This document shows, piece after piece, positions 27,601 through 35,420 of a DNA stretch of 64,000 nucleotides. The notes beneath the pieces were generated by a model. The model ran no database searches and was not told the origin of the DNA. It worked only from the letters and a program-made list of their open reading frames with translations. The DNA comes from Callorhinchus milii (Eukaryota), in NCBI RefSeq assembly GCF_018977255.1, contig NW_024704743.1:81408001-81472000 (forward strand), read 5' to 3'. Position 1 is the stretch's first letter; each line of letters begins with the position of its first letter. Made by a program: the position numbers and the translations under genes.

Positions 27601-30600
27601 TGGTTGTGCCGTCATCAACAGTGCTCTGGAATACTGCGGACCTGCCTGCTCAGGAACTGGACTTCAGAGACCACCACAGAGGGTGGGCTCGATTCTGTCA
27701 TTCCATTGCCAAAAAGTCATCTTGGGAATCAGTTCAGCTCCAAGGAGACTCTGTTTACTTCCCCCCCGCCCCACAAGGAGGATAGTCACTAGTTGATCAT
27801 TTGACAGTGAGTTTGAGCCCTCTTTAGTTTGATGCCAGCTACCAGGAACGAGCTGCGAGAAGTACATAGAAAATAAGAAAAGGGTGAAAAATGTAAGACA
27901 TAAAAGATACATTTTGAATACCCGTGAGATATGAAATTTGAGGACAGGAAAAGATCATTCAGTCCAACAATTATACACAATTTCATAGCTCTGAACTCCA
28001 ACAACCTTCTCACAAGGGGCCCAAATTACACCCCATCTTATTCTTCACACTAAACAAGGAAGATTGTCGAAGTTGGGATCTCAGAACCCAAAGCCCAATC
28101 TGTGTGCTATGTGCCCAATGCCTTGCACGTATTGGACATCTTGTGTGTATCCTCTCCCACACTAAGCTTTGTGACCCAATCACCCCCATCCTTGCCCAGC
28201 TTCATTGGCTCCCCATCCTGCAGAGGAAGGATGAAGTTCAAGATTCTTATCGTCATCTTTAAAGCCCTCCACGGTCTTGCTCCCCCCCATCTCTGTGACC
28301 TATTAAAACTTCATCAACCTATCCGCTTCCTCCTCTCTTCAGGCACTGGTCTGCCTGCTCCACGTCACCCACTCTGCCTGCTCCACTATCGGTGTTCGGG
28401 CCTTCAGCCTTTCTGCCTCCAACCTCTGGAACTCCATCCCTGCCCTCCCCCTCCCTTGCTTCCTTCAAGGCCCATCTCAAGACCTTCCTTTTCGACCATG
28501 CCTTCTGTCATTTTCCCTCCTCCACCCCCCTTGCCCTCTGCCCCTCTCTGATTCCAACCCGCAGCTCAGGTGCAAACCCCTCATTGTCCATGACTAGGGA
28601 TGTCCTCCCAACGTGGAAGGTGCCTTATAAATGCAATTTGTTATTGTTATGGCATACATTTTCCTAAATGGAGAGTCGCTCTCACATTGTTGAACTCTGT
28701 CATTCTGTCAGGATAGCAGTGGTCCTGGAGTCGAGGGTGGAGGTAGAGAGTTAGAGTTGGATATCATCCGCAAACATGTGGAAGTTGACCCGTGTCTGCG
28801 GATGATTACACCAAGAGGGAGCATGTAGATATTGAAGAGGACTGGACAGATCCCTGAGGAACGCCGCAGGAGATTGTGCGGGGATGGAGGAGAAGCTGCT
28901 TGTGGAAACAAAGTGGAAATAGTGTGAAAGGTAGGGTTTCAACCAGTCAAGGACAGAAATATGAAGGTTGAAGTGACAGGAGAGCCGGTGAAGAAGGATA
29001 GAGTGGTCAACTGTATCAAATCCAGCAGAGCGGTCAAGGAGGACGAGCAGTCAGAGGGAGCCCTGGTCACAGGTAGACAAAATATCATTTGTCCCTTTGA
29101 CCAAGGCTGTTTCTGTGCTGTGGGCAGCAAGGAAATCCAGTTGGAGGGGTTCGTAGAGGGAGTGACAGGAGAGGAAGGAGCAAAGCAATAACTTGTTCCA
29201 GGACCTTGGAAAATAAGGTTGGAGATAGTGCATAAATTGAGAGCAGGGATGGGTCCAGGGAAGGCTTTTTGATGATAGGGACGATGGTAGCTGTTTTAAG
29301 GGTGTGGGAACGGTGCCAGTGGCCAAAGCGAAGTTGGTGATGTCACATGCATCAGGATTCGGAGTATCCAAACCAAACCAAGAATTCTATGCATCCCACC
29401 TACACATGGAAATTCCATGGAGACAGATTGTTGGAATGGGAAGCACAATCTCTCCCTGGAGGGACGCATCTTGCTTACATAATATCAGGACTTCCTAATA
29501 CTCTCACCAAGGCTTGGGGACACCAGAATGTGTGCTGGGGAGACTGCTGGAGTCTCGCCAGCTAAAACTGCATAGCTTGCCATTCATACCGCTGTCTGTC
29601 CAGCTGGACCATCCTACTCGTCAGGGCTTTGGCTTGGAGGGTTAACAGGAGCTGAGTGGGATGGTTTGCGGGGCTATGGGGGGAGTGGGACTGGGATTGA
29701 TTTGGGAAGCTCATGTCAAAGAGCCGCACAGACACGATGGGCTGAACCTTCCTTCTGTGCTGTGTGATCCTATGACTCCCTGACCCCAGTGGCTGCTCTG
29801 CCCTTCCAGGTCCTCAGCCTCGGCTGTGGTGTCATCAGCGCAGTATCCACCAGGTGAGCGAGCGGCGGGTTAGAGCTGGCGGTGAGTGAGTGAGTGAGTG
29901 AGCTGGTCAGTCAGTCAGTCAGTGAGTGAGCTGGTCAGTCAGTCAGTCAGTCAGTCAGTGAGTGAGCTGGTCAGTCAGTCAGTCAGTCAGTGAGTGAGCT
30001 GGTCAGTTAGTCAGTCAGTCAGTCAGTCAGTGAGTGAGCTGGTCAGTTAGTCAGTCAGTCAGTGAGTGAGCTGGTCAGTCAGTCAGTCAGTTAGTGAGTG
30101 AGCTGGTCAGTCAGTCAGTCAGTGAGTGAGTGAGCTGGTCAGTCAGTCAGTTAGTGAGTGAGTGAGCTGGTCAGTCAGTCAGTCAGTTAGTGAGTGAGTG
30201 AGCTGGTCAGTCAGTCAGTCAGTGAGTGAGCTGGTCAGTCAGTCAGTCAGTTAGTGAGTGAGCTGGTCAGTCAGTCAGTCAGTGAGTGAGTGAGCTGGTC
30301 AGTCAGTCAGTTAGTGAGTGAGTGAGCTGGTCAGTCAGTCAGTCAGTCAGTTAGTGAGTGAGTGAGCTGGTCAGTCAGTCAGTTAGTGAGTGAGCTGGTC
30401 AGTCAGTCAGTGAGTCAGTGAGTGAGCTGGTCAGTTAGTCAGTCAGTCAGTGAGTGAGCTGGTCAGTTAGTCAGTCAGTCAGTGAGTGAGCTGGTCAGTC
30501 AGTCAGTTAGTGAGTGAGCTGGTCAGTCAGTCAGTTAGTGAGTGAGCTGGTCAGTTAGTCAGTCAGTCAGTGAGTGAGCTGGTCAGTCAGTCAGTCAGTT

Positions 30601-31489
30601 AGTGAGTGAGCTGGTCACTCAGTCAGTTAGTGAGTGAGTGAGCTGGTCAGTCAGTCAGTTAGTGAGTGAGCTGGTCAGTCAGTCAGTGAGTGAGCTGGTC
30701 AGTCAGTCAGTGAGTCAGTGAGTGAGCTGGTCAGTCAGTCAGTGGGTCACTGAGTGAGTGAGTGAGTGAGTGAGTGAGTGAGTGAGTGAGTGAGTGAGTG
30801 AGTGAGTGAGTGAGTGAGTGGTGAGTGAGTGAGTGAGTGAGTGAGTGAGTGAGTGAGTGAGTGAGTGAGTGAGTGAGTGAGTGAGTGAGTGAGTGAGTGA
30901 GTGAGTGAGTGAGTGGGTGGGTCAGTCAGTCAGTGAGCTGGTCAGTGAGTGAGTGAGTGGGTCAGTCAGTGAGTGAGTGAGTGAGTGGATCAGTGAGTGA
31001 GTGAGTGGGTCAGTGAGTGAGTGAGTGAGTGAGTGGATCAGTGAGTGAGTGGGTCAGTGAGTGAGTGAGTGGATCAGTGAGTGAGTGAGTGGATCAGTGA
31101 GTGAGTGAGTGGGTCAGTGAGTGAGTGAGTGAGTGAGTGAGTGGGTCAGTGAGTGAGTGAGTGAGTGGATCAGTGAGTGAGTGAGTGAGTGGATCAGTGA
31201 GTGAGTGAGTGGATCAGTGAGTGAGTGAGTGAGTGAGTGGGTCAGTGAGTGAGTGAGTGAGTGAGTGGATCAGTGAGTGAGTGGGTCAGTGAGTGAGTGA
31301 GTGGGTCAGTGAGTGAGTGAGTGAGTGGATCAGTGAGTGAGTGAGTGAGTGAGTGAGTGAGTGAGTGAGTGAGTGAGTGAGTGAGTGAGTGAGTGAGTGG
31401 ATCAGTGAGTGAGTGAGTGAGTGGATCAGTGAGTGAGTGAGTTTGTTGGCAGTGCTTCTCACCTGAGCAGCTTTACTCCAGTTGGACAT
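9604..31489 (-). CDS. MRPL13: Mitochondrial ribosomal protein L13 (uL13m), spliced CDS, coding exons 1-5, 3' part outside the window
   Basis: Joining 31489-31463, 27077-26954, 16285-16192, 15679-15619 and 9690-9604 (27+124+94+61+87=393 nt) gives [131 protein letters not shown]. This matches vertebrate MRPL13 as recalled. All introns are GT-AG and in phase. Confidence 0.97.
9945..10375 (-). mobile_element. Older Deu-type tRNA SINE; relatives at about 17165-17570 (-), 24350-24670 (-), 25620-25750 (+), 48170-48320 (+), 49900-50630 (+), 58255-58440 (+)
   Basis: Shared degenerate head (CTCTTGCCTCTGAGTCAGAAGGTTGTGGGTTC-like) and AAAGATCCCATGGCACTATTTGAA-like core; boundaries approximate. Confidence 0.7.
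11448..11650 (-). mobile_element. Same SINE family, 3' half
   Basis: Tail and Deu-like core only. Confidence 0.85.
12352..12753 (-). mobile_element. Same SINE family, full-length long variant
   Basis: Head ends ...GCTACAGGACTCC at 12753; internal extra segment as in 1381-1720. Confidence 0.9.
15117..15420 (-). mobile_element. CR1-type LINE 3' end; other CR1 tails near 23510-23720 (+), 29660-29775 (+), 47000-47100 (-)
   Basis: ATCATAGAATTATACAGCACAGAAGGAGGCCATTCGGCCCATCG is the reverse complement of a CR1-type 3' terminus with an ATTCTATG-like repeat. Confidence 0.82.
15619..15679 (-). CDS. MRPL13: MRPL13 coding exon 4
   Basis: ttttcaag|[20 protein letters not shown]|gtaagt, 61 nt. Confidence 0.96.
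16192..16285 (-). CDS. MRPL13: MRPL13 coding exon 3
   Basis: cgcag|(S)[30 protein letters not shown](G)|gtaagt, 94 nt; carries the uL13 DCGDHVVV motif. Confidence 0.97.
18755..18900 (-). mobile_element. Same SINE family, 3' fragment
   Basis: Tail plus part of the core. Confidence 0.8.
19931..20011 (+). mobile_element. Same SINE family, tRNA-like head only, abutting an L2 fragment
   Basis: TCCTGTAGCTCAGTGGTTAGAGCACTCGCTTTGCAAGCGAGAGACCTGAGTTCAATTCCAGGCAG. Confidence 0.85.
20015..20550 (+). mobile_element. L2-clade LINE 3' end, decayed
   Basis: TTCAAGATCCTCGTCC... to TATATAAATGCAAGCTGTTGTTG, similar to 28140-28650 and 40659-41283. Confidence 0.78.
25421..25437 (-). promoter_or_regulatory. 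Candidate CTCF site
   Basis: Minus strand TGGCCACCAGATGGCAG fits the CCASYAGRKGGCRS core; motif match only. Confidence 0.5.
25796..26110 (-). mobile_element. Same SINE family, full-length young copy
   Basis: Near-identical to 5398-5715 and 50184-50508. Confidence 0.93.
26954..27077 (-). CDS. MRPL13: MRPL13 coding exon 2
   Basis: ttccag|[41 protein letters not shown]|gtaagt, 124 nt. Confidence 0.97.
27176..27790. repeat. Unclassified ~600-bp interspersed repeat; copies at about 2178-2750, 4134-4722 (opposite orientation), 9063-9416 (partial), 29342-29840 (interrupted)
   Basis: Shared blocks such as CACAT(G/A)CGGAAACCCATCAC, TACTGCTGGAGTC.AACCAGCTAAAAC, AGGGCTTTGGCTTGCAGG and GATAGTCACT. Confidence 0.85.
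28140..28650 (+). mobile_element. L2-clade LINE 3' end (ORF2 C-terminus and tail), decayed
   Basis: Encodes [11 protein letters not shown] and [23 protein letters not shown], typical of the L2 ORF2 C-terminus; ends ...TATAAATGCAATTTGTTATTGTT. Confidence 0.88.
28705..29340 (-). mobile_element. L2-clade LINE reverse transcriptase fragment, frameshifted
   Basis: [34 protein letters not shown] and [11 protein letters not shown] ([Y/F]ADD motif) in shifting frames. Confidence 0.9.
29882..31441. repeat. Complex tetranucleotide satellite, (GAGT)n/(CAGT)n with GAGCTGGTCAGT and GGATCAGT/GGGTCAGT higher-order units
   Basis: Directly visible tandem array of about 1.55 kb in MRPL13 intron 1. Confidence 0.97.
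31463..31489 (-). CDS. MRPL13: MRPL13 coding exon 1 (MSNWSKAAQ)
   Basis: ATG at 31489, 9 codons, donor CAG|GTGAGA; lies at the edge of the CpG island. Confidence 0.9.
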
Positions 31490-31884
31490 ATTGAGGTGGT
31501 GTACCCTCTGAAGACGTCCGGGGGAGAGCGGGGAGAGAGCGGGGGGGGGAGAGACCAGGGGGGGAGAGCGGGGGGGAGAGCCCGGGGGGAGCGGGGGGGG
31601 AGAGCCCCGGGGAGAGCGGGGGGAGAGCCCGGGGGGGGAGACCCGGGGCCGCTCAATGTGACTGTCACCACTCCGATGAGCGGTGTATTCCCGACACGAC
31701 CGAGCGGAGCGGAGCGGAGCGCAGACACACGGACAGAGCCTGGAGGGCCGCGCCGGGGGGGGGAGAGCAGAGAAGCGTTTCCCTCCGGACCCGAGACTGT
31801 GACACCCGACACCCGCACAGCCTGGAACCGGAAGCCGAGAGAACCCGCGACCGTTTGAGAACAGAGGCACAGAGAGACACAGAG
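31490..31884. promoter_or_regulatory. CpG-island bidirectional promoter shared by MRPL13 and MTBP, including the putative MTBP non-coding first exon (donor GAG|GTAAAT at 31884/31885)
   Basis: The only strongly CpG-dense segment in the window; lies between divergent genes; ETS/GABP-like CCGGAAG at 31828-31834. Confidence 0.8.
31519..31648 (+). repeat. G-rich tandem repeat (GGGGAGAGC-like units), G-quadruplex-capable
   Basis: About 12 runs of 4-9 G separated by short AGAGC/AGAGCCC linkers. Confidence 0.85.
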
Positions 31885-31892
31885 GTAAATAC

Positions 31893-34015
31893 CCCCCAAC
31901 CCTCACCCCCCCCCCCCACACTGACCCCCCCTCACACACACTGACCCTCACCACACTGACCCCACACACACTGACCCCCCACACTGACCCTCACCCCCCC
32001 ACACTGACCCCTCCACACACTGACCCTCACCCCACACACACTGACCCCCCACACACACACTGACCCCCCACACACTGACCCCCCACACTGACCCTCACCC
32101 CACACACACTGACCCCCCCTCACACACACTGACCCCCACACTGACCCTCACCCACACACACTGACCCTCACCACACACTGACCCTCACCACACACTGACC
32201 CTCACCCCCCCACACTGACCCCCCACACTGACCCCCCACACTGACCCCCACACTGACCCTCACCCCCCACACTGACCCTCACCCCCCCCCCCCACACTGA
32301 CCCCCCACACTGACCCCCCACACTGACCCTCACCCCCCCACACTGACCCTCACCCCCCCACACACTGACCCCACACACTGACCCCACACACTGACCCCAC
32401 ACACTGACCCCACACACTGACCCTCACCCACACACACTGACCCTCACCCACACACACACTGACCCTCACCCCCCCACACTGACCCTCACCCCCCACACTG
32501 ACCCTCACCCCCCCACACACTGACCCCCCACACTGACCCCCCACACTGACCCCCCACACTGACCCTCCCCCCCACACTGACCCTCACCCACACACACTGA
32601 CCCTCACCCCCACACACACTGACCCTCACCCCCCCACACTGACCCTCACCCCCCCACACTGACCCTCACCCCCCCCCCACACTGACCCCCCACACTGACC
32701 CCCCACACTGACCCTCACCCACACACACTGACCCTCACCCACACACACACTGACCCTCACCCCCCCACACTGACCCTCACCCCCACCCCCACACACTGAC
32801 CCCCCACACTGACCCTCACCCACACACACTGACCCTCACCCCCCCCCACACACACTGACCCTCACCCACACACACTGACCCTCACCCCCCCACACACTGA
32901 CCCCCCCACACTGACCCTCACCCACACACACTGACCCTCACCCACACACACTGACCCTCACCCCCCCCACACTGACCCCCCCTCACAGTGACCCCCCACA
33001 CACACACTGACCCCCCCACACACACACTGACCCCCACCCCCCCACACACACACTGACCCCCACCCCCCCCCACACACACTGACCCCCCCACACACACACT
33101 GACCCTCACCCCCCCACACACACACTGACCCTCACCCCCCCACACACACACTGACCCTCACCCCCCCACACACACACTGACCCTCACCCCCCCACACACA
33201 CACTGACCCCCACCCCACACTGACCCCCACACACACACTGACCCCCCCCCACACACTGACCCCCCCCCACACACACCCCACCCCCCCACACACACACTGA
33301 CCCCCACCCCCCACACACTGACCCCCACCCCTCACACACTGACCCCCACACACTGACCCCCCCACACTGACCCCCCACCCCCCCACACACACACAGTGAC
33401 CCCCACCCCCCCACACTGACCCCCATCCCCCCCACACACACACTGACCCCCATACACTGACCCTCCCCCCACACACACTGAACCCCCCCACACACACTGA
33501 CCCCCCACACACTGACCCCCCACACACTGATCCCCCCACATTGACCCCCCCAAACACTGACTCCCCCACACACTGACCCCCCCACACACTGACCCCCCCA
33601 CACACTGACCCCCCCACACTGACCCCCCCACACACTGACCCCCCCACACACTGACCCCCCACACACTGACCCCCCCACACACTGACCCCCCACACACTGA
33701 CCCCCCCACACGCTGACCCCACACACACTGATCCCCCCACACTGACCCCCCCCAAAACACTGACCCCCCCCCACACTGACCCCCACCCCCACTGACCCCC
33801 ATCCCCCCCACACTGACCCCCCCCAACACTGACCCCCCACACACACTGACACCCCCCACACACACTGACCACCCCACACACACACACTGCCCCCCCTTCC
33901 CACACTGACCGCCCCCCCCCACGCTGACCGCCACCCCCCACACTGACCACCCCCATCCACACTGACCCCCCCCCTCCCACACTGACCCCAACCTCCCATA
34001 CTGCCCCACTGCCCC
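31893..34015. repeat. C-rich minisatellite, unit approximately (CA)n-CTGACCC-(TCA)-Cn
   Basis: Directly visible array of about 2.1 kb starting just after the putative MTBP first donor. Confidence 0.97.
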
Positions 34016-34179
34016 GCCCGCCTACATACTTACCCCATTGTCCACAAACTTACAGACAAATACACACAATATTGCCCACACACAGACTGAGATAAAGACA
34101 TGACAGCACTGCGCAGCGAGAGAGAGAAATAGACATAAATGCTGTGCAGAATAATAATAATGATAATAATTAATGATGA

Positions 34180-34476
34180 TGATATTAATCCTTGCATTTC
34201 ATATAGCATCTTATCATGTCGGTGAGATGTCTTATTATGCTCCACAATATACTGTAAAGTATAGTGACGGTATTTTGTGGGCAAAACATGGCAGCCAATT
34301 GTGCACATCAGTGTCTCACAAACAGACGTGGATTGAGTGACCAAATCATTTTTTGGAGGGATTATTACCGCCTGGAAAGCGATCCGCCAATTGACTAACA
34401 ACCAGGTTGCTACTTACTGCTAGGTAAACAGAGGCGTGTGTGTTGGAGTAAGGAAACTTGCCTAAGATTTTGCCCC
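34180..34476 (-). mobile_element. Same SINE family, long variant lacking the tRNA head
   Basis: Tail, core and internal segment present. Confidence 0.85.
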
Positions 34477-35081
34477 GATAATATTGCATTTGATAAGGCA
34501 CTATATCAAATGCAAGGCTTATTATTGTTATTATTATAAATAAATAGAGGCCAGAGAAACAAGATAAGTGTGCACATAACAAGTAATACAGACTGAAACA
34601 CTGACATATGGTTAGTTTTTTAATAATATGTTTTCAGCTAGAGGTTGCAAAGCTGTTATAATTTATAGGAACAGGGAGACAGAAACATACATAAATTGAT
34701 GAACTGAGATAATATTCTATCAGGCCTTCTGTTAGAAACAGATTCTGATTTTCGCTCTCAGTTCTGCCTCCTGACTTTTTCCTCACTCTGTCTTTGTTAG
34801 TGACCGACACACACCATTTACATCTTTTGATATCTATCTCTACGTCTATAGCTTTCCTGTCTGATGGAGAGATTAGAGACACACTCATAATTATTAGTAT
34901 TGTGATAGGCAAAGAGAGACATTCAAATAAAGTGATAGAGAAAATCTACCAGTAGGAGAAGGAGCAGAAAACATATACATCGATAGAACAATCTTGATTC
35001 TCATAAAACATACAGACTGAGATCAAAGCAATCAGAGTGTGAGATAGCCTGTATTCATGAAACCCAAATGATACATTAATA

Positions 35082-35289
35082 TAATAATAATAATCCTTGC
35101 ATTTGATATAGCGCTTTTCACGTCTTCTGGACGTCTCAAATTGCTTCACAAAATATGCTGTAAAGTGAATTGACTGTATATTTGTAGGCGAAACGCGGCA
35201 GCCAATTGCGGACAGCAGCGTCCCACAAACAGTCATGGATTGAAAATGAACAATTTATTATTGTTTTGTTTTTTGGAGGGATTATTATT
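35082..35289 (-). mobile_element. Same SINE family, 3' two-thirds, just upstream of the first MTBP coding exon
   Basis: Tail and core match the family. Confidence 0.9.
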
Positions 35290-35350
35290 CAAACACTGTG
35301 ATACTGTCTCTTTGAATTTAAACAGTTTGTGCATTTGGGTCAGTCCTATA

Positions 35351-35420
35351 ATGGATAGGTATGTGCTTCTCGTGGCATGGGATCGAAGTGCTGACCCACA
35401 TAAGAATGAAGAGTTCACTG
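35351..35420 (+). CDS. MTBP: MTBP coding exon 1 (acceptor at 35325/35326, ATG at 35351)
   Basis: [23 protein letters not shown]|gtaagt. Confidence 0.9.

Noticed and set aside
28140..29340. Oppositely oriented L2 pieces as a twin-priming inversion
   Set aside because: The inverted RT piece lies beyond the 3' tail rather than 5' of it, so two independent insertions are the simpler explanation.
29900..30745. Regularly spaced GAGCTGGTCAG units resembling a CRISPR array
   Set aside because: The intervening sequence is tetranucleotide repeat rather than unique spacers, the context is eukaryotic, and there are no cas genes.
31286..34009. Long Gly/Val/Cys/Ser-rich ORFs (up to 282 aa) on the minus strand
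   Set aside because: They are translations of the satellites, open in several frames only because the repeat lacks stop codons.
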